Origin: Lama guanicoe
Lineage: Eukaryota
NCBI GenBank assembly: GCA_013239625.1
Contig: MU053810.1
Span: forward strand, 3,690,071 to 3,754,070
Direction: 5' to 3'
DNA: 64,000 nucleotides
The position numbers and the translations under genes are program-made. Positions 14,132 to 26,185 of this stretch are shown here, piece after piece (the stretch's first letter is position 1; each line of letters starts with the position of its first letter). The notes below the pieces were generated by a model. That model ran no database searches. It was not told the origin of the DNA and saw nothing but the letters and a program-made list of their open reading frames with translations.

Positions 14132-16974
14132 ATAAAATGGATTTCTAATTTTTAAACTCAGGGTACTTTCTGGAGCTGGAGACTCATTTCGTGAATTGCA
14201 TAATCATTAGCGTGTAATGACAACATATAATGCTGGTATAATTTCCTTTAAGTAACTGATTTTTGCCTGGAAAGTTGTAGATAAATAAAAAATTTCTAAA
14301 GTGAAAAATCAGTTGGAGGAAGGAGGGGCATACTTTGCCATGACTCTTTTTAGAAAACTGACCAATGCTTTTTAAAGTATTTTTATCATATAAATTAAGG
14401 TATTTTTATAATCTAAAACATAATTTTTAAATATATGTAAAATAATTTATAATCTAAGATATGTGAATTCAGATTTGCACACCTTGCTTTCTTGGCAAAA
14501 GAAAACACACTCAAATGTAATGAAATAGTACGATGATTGATTAGAAATTCTGTAGCAATGATAAATAAATAACCAGACCATCCATACCCCTTTGTGGAAG
14601 ATTTTCAACTTTACCTATAAGTATCACTTTAATTGGTACCAAAAGATTGTACCTAATCGCTGGTCTCTGTTGAATAAGGCTTCCCAGATACTCGAGTCTT
14701 CGGGATATTTGAAAATTTACTTCTATAATCAACAAAGCTTCTTAAAATATGTAATGCATTTGAATCAAAATCTTCTAAAATCCTTCCCTGACAATTTTCT
14801 GATCGTACTACTGTTAACCTTTAGGGGAGAGTATGGTTATCAGTTTGAGTAAGTGGCTGTCATACGCTCCGCCGGGGTGTGGTCAGAGTCCCGGAGGGAA
14901 GGTGGGTGCTTGCCCCCTCTCTGAGTATGGCCTCCAGGAGGAGTGCCTTTGGGATGGATGGATTTTCCTGACTCCTTATTGGCAGGCTGGCAGTGTTAAC
15001 GTTCATTACTGTCTGTAGATCTGAGTGGCAGGGCCAACCCTGTCAAAGGTTCTCTTCAAATCCCTTCCCTCTGGTCAGTGAAAAACTTGGACAGCAGGTA
15101 ACTAAGCTTTCTCAAATGTTATTTAACAGTCATAAAGGAGGGCCTGGGCCAGTTCTCTAAGTAGTGTTTTGATCCTCAGGGGCCATTTCTTTCTTCTCTG
15201 TCTCTTTTTTTCCTTCCTCGTGTGTATTCTGGGTATGTGAAGTCTCCAGGTATTTGAGTTATGAATAAGTGAAATTGTAGCTTAAAAAATAATTTAACAA
15301 ACACAATTCCCTTTACTTACAAACAAGCCAATGTCAAAGAGTAAAATGATGAATAGTAAAATAGATAAAATGTATTCTGGAAGTATGTTCACCTTTCAGG
15401 AGTATTTTTATTAAGCCTTTTGTATGACCATCCTCTCTGCAGGGATGTTCTTCCATCCCAGGATGCCACGGCTCAGCCCCTCACCCCTTCAGGTCTGCCC
15501 AAAAGTCAGCTCAAAGAGGCCTCTCATGACCATGGTGTTTACAGTCATACCCCCACCCCTGAAACGTGTCCACAACCCTCCTTCCCTGCTGCCCTCTCTT
15601 CACAGCACTTTTCGTTGTCTTCTGTACCATACAGCTCACTCGGTATGTTCTCTGACCAGCACCCAGCACCTCTGTCTCTTTAAATCACTGATACACACCA
15701 AGCATCTAGAATAGTGCCCATCCCATAGTAGGCATTCGGGGGGTGGGAGGGAGCCTTCCACTAAAAATACAACCAAAAGTAAAAACAGAAAACAAAAAAC
15801 AAAACATAAACAGTGAAAAACAGAAGGTCTATCTGACATCAACCAGTGCACGTAATTTGAAACAAAGTGATCAGCTGCATTGTTCTGTTAGTTTTCACAT
15901 AATTTGGATCAGGAAGTGGAGAGTAACTTAGCTCTAAGAGTCTTCTAGTTTTACTTTTCATTGTTTATTATCTGCAGAATAAGGGCCACTCAAAGTGGAT
16001 AAAGAAGGCAATGAATAAGAATAAAAATAACTATTTGAGGATACAGGAAAGGTGGACAAAAACAGCCAGATTCACTTATTTAAAGTGATAGGAGGAAAAG
16101 GTAAAATCATTTTTAAGTGAATAAATAAAAAGTGAGGTTAAAACAACCTGTACAGAAAAAAAAAACCAAAAAGATGGAAATGAGAACAAGCAATAATGAA
16201 TTTTATATAAAAATGGTGTCCATTTGGTTATTTTGTATACCACTATCCTTTTTTGGTTCACTGTTAATCTTTTTTGACACTTCTCAATTTATAATACATT
16301 TTGGAAAAGAAAAGTTACTCATTTTTGAAACAGGAAATACTATTTCAGCTAAATTTCAGGTTATGTTTACCTTATACTCTTTTATCCAATTAGTCATATC
16401 AAACTTTTACATTATTTACGCAAGTACTGAGAGAATTTATTCTTGGTTGACAATTTCTGAGGGGACGGATTCTACATATTATAAGATTATTTTAAACCAT
16501 TAGTTTATAACATCACTGCCATCTGTTGGATGGATCTGATCAGAATAAGAGTTTTTTAAGTTATCCCAAGAATGAAAAGGGTTCAATGCTTTTTATTTCC
16601 CACTGCCAACACTAAATTTTGGCTATTGGTAAACACTTAAATGATTATAGAGAATAATATGATTGTTGACTAGATAGTTTTCAAAAGATACAATTATTTT
16701 AGGAAATAAAACACAATAAAATTAAATTATAAAATGTAATAACTACAATTATTTTAATACATATAGAGAAGTAAGTCAAAATGTAGTTTTGCTATAGAAA
16801 ATACTCAATCAAGTCTCTGTTGTTTACACATGGATCATACTAAGTAAGTCTGATTCTTCATACTTATCTCACATTATCTCCATAAAGACCTGGATCATAT
16901 TCTTACCTTAAAGTCTTTGTTATCTCCATTTCCTTATTTTTAATTTTTTGTTTGTTTTTTATACCCTTTCTTGA

Positions 16975-19276
16975 CTTCCCACAACAGCAGTGACTCAAGG
17001 AAATTCTAAATGGCAGCCCATAAAGTGGTAACTTTAAAAATTTTTTTTCTTTTTTGATTGATGGCTGGGCCACTGCTGGCTTCCACAATACAAGAGACAA
17101 ATAACTCTTCTCTAGGGACTGTCCTGCCATCGTGTGACCTACAGTCAGGACCACAACAAAGGAAATGAGATGAGTAAGGAGTACACTCCAAAGGGACCCC
17201 AGAAAGAGACAAGAATGCCCCCACATCATAGGGATGTGCATTTTGAGTGCTTTGGGAACTTTTCAGCATCCTTAACTATATATGGATGACCTGTCATCCT
17301 GTGTTATTGGTATTAATATTTTTCCTAACACAGAAATAAAGCATTGACTGAATAATTTTAATACCTGGTAGAATTATTCATGGGGCACTGCGCGTAAGAA
17401 AGCCACGTACTGTGTAGAGAAAATTTTAAAAAGATACACGGCATCCAGGACTTCAAGAAAAGGCAGCAAGGCATTTATCCACAACCCCCTATCCATTCAG
17501 TATTGTCAGGGAAGGGCCTGACCCCGAGGGATTTCTTGCAGTGTTCTATCTCTCTAGTGTGAATACAAAGCACTTTTCAAGGCTTTTTTTTTTTCCATTC
17601 TCACCCCATTAAATAGAGTTAGTTAAAGGTAATGTACTTCCCTATTTAAGAATATTTCTTTTAGGCCGCCGCCATCGCCGCCGCGCTCCGCGGCCCGCCA
17701 GGCGCCCTCCTTCCCTCCCCCCGCCGGCCTGGGTGCGTGGGCGGCGGGGCGGCCCAGCCCGGCCGGCTGGCGGGGGGCAGGGGAGGGGCGGGGGGCACCC
17801 CCAGCCCCCGCCCGCTGAGTCCCGGGGGCCCCGCCGTGGCCGAGGCCATGCTCTCCGTGTTCCCTTGCACGCTGCTGACCCCTCCTCCCCCAGGCCGGGC
17901 CTGGATTCCCGGGGGGTGGGCGGCCTCCTGAACTCCTTCGCGCCAGCTCAGGGTCACGCTCAGAGCCCCCTGCGGGTCGGGTCTGAGCTCCAGTCCCGCT
18001 TCTTTGCCCCCCAGGGCTGCGCCCAGGGTCCCTTCCAGGCCGCGCCCCTCCAGGTGGGCTGCTCCCGGTTCTCGCCGCCGCGGCCGTGGGCGCCCTCCCG
18101 TGCGTCTCAGCCACTCCCCTCCCAGCCCCGCTGAGCTCCGAGCTGGGGGGGAGGGGGAGGGGAGGACGGAGGGAAGTTCCTGGACACCATCTCCTCTTCC
18201 CCCTCTCTCCTCACCGACGCCTCACTACCCCCCCCCCAACCGCGGAGCCTCCAGAAGGGAGGGAGGAAGAGTGTTTTCTTAGGGGAATTCACTAGGTTTT
18301 AACGAGTTGTTTCTCCTGCTCCTTTCTCCTCCCCATCAGACCTGACCGCACACACACCTGTCCCCTCGGCTGTGTTGAAGCCCCCTGGACAGTGAGTGGG
18401 CAGGGGTGGCAGAGGACAGGAGCAGCCACTGCCCTCACCCTCTCTCCTCTCTGTAACCCCCTGCCACGGTGGTCCTTCTTGCTCTCCTCCTTCCAGTGCC
18501 CACCCCCATTGTCTGCTGCCCCTCCCTGGGGAGATGGGGCTTTTTTTTTTTTTTCCCAGGGGGAGGAAGGAGGGGAAGCAAAGATTCTGTCCCAGAGAGG
18601 GGAAAAGGTGAGATCTGAGAAGGGGCAGAAGCAGAGAAGGCAAAGGCTGTACCTTCATAAGGTGGGGTTGTTTGGGGTCAGGCCCTAAACATCATCCTAC
18701 TTGAGAATCTCAGTGGAAAACAAGTCAAGGGGAGCAAAAGAAGGAGCCACTAGGGCCAGAGACAGGACAAGAGATGGAATCTTAGGGGGCCAGGGTAAAT
18801 GGGGGGATCCAGGGACTAGAGGTGCTTCCTGGGGGTGGGGGGAATGCAGCCGCAGTGTCTCCCCCTTCCCTCTTCCACCCCAGCTCCAGCCCTGGCCTTT
18901 TGTTTTCATCCCTCTCCCCCAGGACAGAAGCTGTGTCATCATGTTCCTGTGTCGCCTGCATGTTCCCCACCCTTCACCTCCCATTTTGCGAGGATCCCAT
19001 TACAATAATTTTTACATTAAAAAAAAAGAATATTTCTTTTAATATCTTTCATTCTATAGACTTCATTATAGACCAGTGCTATTCCTTAGAATTGCCTGTA
19101 TTTTCTCATGCATTTGAAGCTGTAGTGCAGTGAATGACGATGGTCATTTTGAAGGAGGAAAAAACCCACTTCTCATAAAGTCAGCAAAACACTGCAAGAT
19201 TTACTTCCCTGTCTCCACTCTACGGGAAGAGATGGGACGTATACCTCTGAGATGACTGGAGACAGACACCATCACC
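16975..19276 (-). pseudogene. NC1 (C4-domain) region of the collagen IV-like pseudogene, split by the MAZ retrocopy
   Basis: Motifs in NC1 order: RSGFF (19159-19173), IVIH (19130-19141), CLAAFS*SP (17447-17473), STWLS (about 17397-17411), SLWS-G-YSLL (17172-17196), GQSL (17113-17124), SHCCC (16981-16995). Confidence 0.7.
17664..19027 (+). pseudogene. MAZ: MAZ processed pseudogene (5'UTR, internally deleted CDS, 3'UTR, short poly-A)
   Basis: ATG at 17848 reads MLSVFPCTLLTPP, then a frameshift to GLDSRGVGGLLNSF...ELQSRFFAPQGCAQGPFQAAP (MAZ N-terminus), and SQPLPSQPR* at 18134 (MAZ C-terminus). 16-bp TSD AAGAATATTTCTTTTA at 17648-17663 and 19026-19041; TTT/AAG endonuclease site; A9 tail. Confidence 0.93.
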
Positions 19277-19809
19277 CTTTGAAAATAAATGTTAATGTCT
19301 CTTCTAGATCACACTTCTTGGCCAGTCTGCACAGATTCACTTAGAATAAGTAATCCTGTCATTTAGAATACTTTTTTATTAAGCACTGACCACAGAAGTA
19401 ACCCATTTAGTAATAATGCTAAAGTTGTGCAGTTATTGTCTTTGTCAGGGTTCTCTTCCCACCGGGTAAATGTTTTCAGAGTTCTAGTTTCCTTCTGGCA
19501 GTGGAGGAACTGTGTCTTCATACTGACCCCTAGTGGCAGTTTGGGAAGAAGTTGGGGGAGGGGCAAAAAAGGTAATGGAAGGCTTGCAGTGTCTGTTAGT
19601 GAAACGCGCACTAGTTTAATTAGAAATACTCCTCAATGTGTCTAAAATAATATTTTAAAAAATTATTGAAAGATAATAGGGTATCACGATTTTAAAAGGC
19701 TTTTGAAATCAATAGAGAAAATAGATGGGAAGAATCTTCGTGGTAAACTTAAGTATTATTCTTGCCACATTTCAACCCAGTTTACTGAGCGGACACTTTC
19801 CATTCCTAC

Positions 19810-22800
19810 CCCTTAGCGCCTGGATTCCTTCTCTGCCTGTTGTCCTAACATAGCCTGTACCAGATTGGAAAAAAAATCGTACAGGATTTGAAGGAAGATA
19901 TACCATAAAAAGCTGGATTTTGCAATAAAACAAGTTGTTTCTCTATCCCCGTGTTGTGTCGGTTGATACCTAGTGTGGACCTTCATGGTTTGAATTTTAT
20001 TAGCCACCAGTTTTGTGAGGCTAGGTGAATCCCACAAAATGCTCAATTAGAAAATTATCTTTGCTGTTTTTATTACCTAGAGAGCAGAGACTGACATTTG
20101 CATCACCTAATTCTAAATTTGCTGGTACTTCTTTCTGGCTTAATTTCCAATGTTACTGAAATTAAAGAGCTATCAAATACTTTGGATACTTTAATATTGT
20201 GTGACTTTTCTCTCAGCGCTCTCAGTTTGAAGCAGTACTTAAAACCTACATAAATTACGTTTTTGCTCATCCTTGATTTTTTTAAATATTAATCCTTTCC
20301 CGTGATTTTTCTTCCCTCTGGAAATGGCCTCTATTGCTCATTGATTACCCAGGGAGACTTGGGTGGGATTCCTGAGGAAACTGCTTCAGCTCTAGCCCTG
20401 CGGGGGTTGGAGATTTGACCATCTAGCTGAAAAGTTGTCTGAAAATGAAAATTTCATACACACATGCAAATTTGGAAATAGGATACCATTCTGCCATGAT
20501 CCAAGAAATGGAGTCAGGGCATGAGAAAGTGTCTGCCCTTGTGGCTCTCCGAGTGTGCATGGATGTTAATGCTGGTGATGATGGCAGTGATGATAAGGAT
20601 GACGGTGATGAAGAGAGCTGGCCTGTGTGGCCAGGCACTGAGCTGAGTACTCTGGATGGAATGTACCATTAAATCCTTGAAGCAGCGTCTGGGGCAGGGA
20701 ATATTATCATCACGTCCATTCTGCAGATGAGGAAACAGAGGCATAGTCCTTGCTCAGGGTCACAGAGATGAGATGGACACTTCACCCTGAGGCAGTGGGC
20801 TGTGTACATGCAGAGGGAACTCATGACTTTTCTCTCCCTCTACCTGCTGCTCACTATCTCCCTGACTTTGAACACCAAATCTTCCCACCAAAATGCTTCC
20901 CTTTGCCTTTCTGGTCTCTCTGGATTCCCCTGGTGCTGGAATGGCCAGGGAGCCTTGTGAGTTTCCATCCTTCCTTTCCCACCTTTCTTCTGTCTCTCTC
21001 CCCGGTTCCTTTCCCCATTATCCCTCCTCTCCTCCTCTACCTCTTCCCCCTCCTCCTATAAAGAGAATAAGAAAGGGGGGGGGGATGTATCCCAATCACT
21101 AGTAAGAATTTCCCACTATGCTATTCTTCAAAATTTGTCGTCATTCCCTGAGGAATGATGAAGTGAACCAAGCAGATTCTGGATTCCCGCCCCCCCCTAG
21201 AAAATATGGTACTTTCTAAAATTTAAGAAATGGATAATTGTAAAGATACTGGACTGAAAGTCAGAATACCATGGTTTTAATACTGTGTCCGTTGATTGAC
21301 TTGCTTCATGAGCAAATCGTAGTTTCTCTACATTTTACCTTTCTTAACTATAAAACAACCAAACAGGTGAACCTAGATTATCTATTCTAGTTTGTGCATG
21401 TAAGGGGTTACCTTCAATCCAGTATCACAGGGAGCCTGGAACCCAGCCTCCACTAGAAACTAGACGGGGTCACTCTTTACCACTTTTATCATTTTATCCC
21501 AAAGGCTAAGGAAGTTACTATCTATGAATTTCACTTTCTTTTGTAGTTATTTTATTGTTACCTGGGCATTCTTTATGTGCTAGGCACCGTTCTAGGCTGT
21601 AGGGATGCTGGAGGGAACATGGCAACGGGTCCACTGAAACTGCTTTCATGAAACTTACATTTCAGACAGGGAGACAGGCAACACACGAGTGATTTTAAAA
21701 AGGTAGTTTCAGAACCAGTAACACTATAGATCACATAAAACCGCACAGTGTCACAGAGAGGGGCATGCATGGCACCAGGGCTGGGGAAGGGGCCACAGGG
21801 ATGACACAGCTTGTCAGAGAAGGTCTCTCTCAAGAAGTGACACTGGAGGTGATGAGATGGGGGTAGTCCTGTCAAGGGCCAGTGGTGTTCTAAGTGCTGT
21901 CACACTAGAGATCTCAGCATCCTTATTATTTGGTTAAGGAAATCGACGACGTGGTGTCTCTAATTCCTTTGGGATTGTCATTATTCCAGGTATGTAAATA
22001 GACTGATTTGCAGGCTAAACAGAAGCATTTGGTAACTGCAGAAAGGCACTGATTGTGAGTGTGCTAACACCTTGACCATTATTCCTACTTTATCGGGGAA
22101 CAGCTCAGCCATGTAAAACGAAGACAGTTGTTCTTTCCTGATGGCAGCTAGTTAACTGTTGGCAGGCATTCCTGCTTTTGAAACAGAAGGTGGCATGTAT
22201 GGAAGTGAAGTATCGTGAACAGATAGGTCAATAAGGATTCCATGTCACTCGTAAGAAAATTACATTTGATCTCCCTGCACTTTGACTGACTGCCTTGTAA
22301 TTGGTAACAAACACCCGCGTGCGTTATCTGTGGTGGTACCAGATGGGTGTGTACCTGTCTCTCTTTAACTAGCAGTTTTCTCTTGAGAAGTCATGTTGTC
22401 ACAGCAACTGTAGCATAAAAGTACATTCTGTAAGTCCCCAGATCATACCTGCTAAGGCACATCAGTATGATGGAAACAGTTTGGTGTCACGCACTTTAAA
22501 ATTTTTTTTTTTGCATTTTTTCTTAATTTTTTTATAGGACACAAAACTTCCTGCATTTGTTTCTGTGTCTGGGTTTCACTTCATTTTAAGCTTTTTGCCT
22601 GCAGTTAATGGTGATTCTCTCCCTTACTATGGATAAGCATCTTTAAATAATGTTTCTTTTGAAGGAGATAATTCTTTTGACTACTTTTGTCAATCCTGGG
22701 GTTCAGCCAGAATTGGGGGGCACATATATTAGTCTTCTGCAGCTGTGGGGCTGCAGTGGGGCGAAAGTTGTTCAGGACTCAGAAATTGATCAATTTAACA

Positions 22801-23635
22801 AACACCCTCAACTTCTTGGATCATTACCTTTGTTGAAAAGCTGGCTGGGATGAGAGTCAGGAATCCCATTCACAGCATTCCAGATCTGGCTGTGATAACC
22901 AGGAGACCTGTTTAAACTAATGGCCAGCATCCCACCCGCCTTGCACCTGTACAGACTCGCTGGGAGCCCACAAGCTTTCAACTCACCAACCCTGAGTCAC
23001 TGCAGCAAAGGCATCTCTCCCCGCCACTCCCAGCGTGTCTGCCACTGATATGTCTTCCTTGGTGTGACAAACCTCACGGAGACATATGAAAAGTCATGCT
23101 GGTGGGAATGGTTGTAATCACTGTTAACAAACAAGGTTCTGATTGCCAATATTACCATCTGTTCCATCGGGTTCCACAGATTACCCTGTATGTGGGCTCT
23201 GTTAAACAGATTTCCCGTACGGCCCAAGGTCACCCTTGATTCACGTTACCAGCCTTTGCAGATGGGTTAAATGTGAGCCTCCAAACAGTGGCAAGGATCA
23301 AAATCTGAGAGGTACCAAATCGTGTCCCCTGATAACACAGCCTAAATAGACAGTCAACGATGTTTCCAAAGACAGAATGGAGATGTCCCTCGAAGTAAGA
23401 AAGTGATGTCCCCAAGACATTGTCTAAAGTGCAAGGTTCCATTTATTTAACTTCATGTAAAATTTGTTTCACTATATAATTAGAGAAGCATGGGGATGAG
23501 GAGGAAATAAACTGATTTCAAAAGCAAGGGAACATCCCAATTTTGGGGGGCCCTGTCCCTTTGTGCACCCTTAAAACTGAGCTGAGTACTTTTCCCTCTC
23601 CCCTTCTCAACGCTGGAAGAGGTTTCCATCACTCC
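19810..23635 (-). pseudogene. Collagen pseudo-exons (19810-19854, about 20295-20397, 20844-20929, 21412-21505, 22828-22907, 23156-23341, about 23525-23635)
   Basis: 45-nt exon GYV RTT GRE GIQ ALR G; GNP ERP ERQ REA; PL G*N DKS GKE *PR...GFQ...DT GLK|gtaac; *IK GDL GPY GKS V*Q SPH...EPD GTD G|gtaat; most have AG/GT ends. Confidence 0.8.
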
Positions 23636-26185
23636 CTGTGAGTTGATTCACGTCAGTTAAAATCTGTTGATGATCTCAGCACTGGGGATATAAATAAGGC
23701 TCACACACTGCCTGGGAGAAGTAGGTACCAGCCATAGACCTAGCAGAGGGGAGGGAGTGATTGACAAGGAGGGGCAGTGAGGGATGTGGATGGCTTCACC
23801 GAGGACGAGATGGGTGGGCAGGTTTTGCAGGTGAGCTAGTGTTCCCCAGTGGAAATGCAGAGGGACAGGGAAGGGTATTTTGGGCAAAGGGAACACAAGT
23901 ACCAAGGCACACAGACGTGAAACAGCATAGTATTTTCAGGGAGGCATAAGTAGACATCATTTGTGCAACTGAATTTTTCCCTAACAAGGTTCTTAGTGCC
24001 CGAGCTATAAGTGCGTTTTCACTGTGGGGCTTTGGGGACTTAATACAAAAAACTTTGTGCCAAATTCCTTTCCATAACTAGGTGCTGTAAAATAATATTT
24101 CAGGATTGTTATTATTCTCCAAGTGTGAACTTTGTGCCAAAAATCTCACTTTTTTAAACAGAAATGTGTATGTTTAGCAAATGCATGCTCTGAGTTCATG
24201 TGAAAAAAGAGAGCTAAACTAGTTTGCGGGTCAAGAAATGCTCCCTTGAGGAAGAGACATCTGGGCCAAACCTTGCAAGATGAATTACCAGGGGGAAGAG
24301 ACCTCAGGGAGTGGGACTGGCATGTGGGAACACCCTGAGGTGAGACGGAGCCTGGCATATGGCAGGTGGCCAGGCAGGCCCGGAACACAGCAACAGGAAG
24401 AGGCCGAAGGGCACATGGGCTGGTGAGGGAGGTGTGGTCAGCTCCTGCTCAGCCTCTGAGATCATGTGAGAAACTTGAGGCTTTATCCCAAGCAATGGGA
24501 AACCATGGAAATTTTAAGTAGGAGAGAAATATGATTGTATTTATTATTTTAAAAAATCACTTTAGCTGTAAGATGGAGAAAGGATTAGAGGGGAGACCTG
24601 TTAGGGGAGTACTGAGGTCAGTCCACAAACTAGGATGTTGGACTGTACTCAGTGGGAGAGATGAAGATGGGAAAAAGGAAGAGATCTGAGAAATAGGCAG
24701 GAGGGAAATACTGAAGACTCGGTCACGTGACATGTCAAACTTCACTTCTGTTTACATATATCAACTTACATAGACAGATGTTTTTATACATTCCCATATC
24801 TGGTTTTCAGTCTGGTTAATTTTCTTTTCAGTTTAGATTTGAAACTCTTATCTGATTAAACTCCAACCAGATGGAGACAAATGATAGTAAATATCAGAAA
24901 ATATTTTCATACCTTTGTGATGACACGTGGCCCTGTAATTCTGGATTTTGTAACGAAGACAGTTTGACTTCTGTCCTATTTGGATAATGCTGTACCATCT
25001 AGGAGACTAAAATGTGTCTTTAAAATCTGACAGGTCTTCCGCTTGTGTATATGTTAGACACAGGACAAAATAAGACACAATGCCTTGGATTTGAAAGACA
25101 CAAAATTAATGTATTTCTTTTTTATTTTTTAAGTACAAACTCTGCACTCTATTTCTATAACTGAAATTAGGTTTTTTTTTTAAGACTAATAGCTTGATTT
25201 TTCACATCATAATTTAATCTGTTAGCTTTTTACCCCTAGAGCTGCACATAGCAAATTATGGGCAGCTACATGCATACAATACACGTTGCTTTCCCAGCTG
25301 TGCATGTACGATTTGTCTTTTGGTGCTGGCAGTTATGTTCCATTTAGTAAAAGCTATATTCCACTGTGTACTAGAACCTCTTTTTTTTTTTAAACAGCTA
25401 GGTTTTTATGTACTTCCCTTTACTGCCTCTATAAAGAGCAAAGAAAAAGGAGAAGGTAGAGTATAAATGAAACAGGGCCAGACATGCCTTCATACAGGAG
25501 AAAGGAAGACACAGCAAAAGCCAAGCAGAAAGGCTGTGGGCAGAGGCACACCTGATGACAATTCCTGTTTCCATGACCCAGTTCTATATATATAAACTAA
25601 AACGATGGCGTACGATCCTATGTATTTGCTTAAATTTTCCCTAAACTCCCTGATACACACAAAAGACAAAGCCTTTGAGAATTTACTGTTACGTAATTAC
25701 CTAAAACACTGCTGGCTTCTATCATGAATGCCGTTGAAACACCTCCATTATGTGGTTTCCTTACTCTCCGATATGTTTTTAAAAGTGAGCATCGTCAAAG
25801 GAAAAACCACTAAGTGACAAAGGCATCATGCATTTTAGCCAAGGTGTATGTATAATGATTAAAAATCACAGACTATTAAAAAAATTCACAGAGTATTTGG
25901 TTTAAGGAACTGACTGTATTAAGTACATGAAAAATGAGTCAAAGGAAAAAGTTTTGAGAAGGTTTAAGCACACATAAATTAATTAATTAATTAGAATATA
26001 TGCATAATTTCAAAATCTTGCTGGCAGTGTTTTTGTTTAAGTCAACATTTCAAATGTAAGTTGAATATGAGAAGTTTCTGTTAGGCTAATAAATATATTA
26101 GAGCTTCCAAAGTTTCCCTTATTTGTCAAATCAAATGATTGCCATGTCAGTTAATATTAGGAGGGAGATGTAAATATGAAATTAC

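Noticed and set aside
17390..17480. C1q-domain or collectin reading of the collagen gene's C-terminus (LEVLDAVYL, HST-GFL, possible coiled neck)
   Set aside because: The spacing is wrong for C1q. The NC1 reading explains more motifs in the correct order and agrees with the 7S-like N-terminus.
17623..18114. Native CpG-island promoter or minus-strand gene start (ATGGCGGCGGC; 163-aa ORF)
   Set aside because: The segment is bounded by TSDs and a poly-A and translates to MAZ on the + strand; the minus ORFs are GC-rich shadows.
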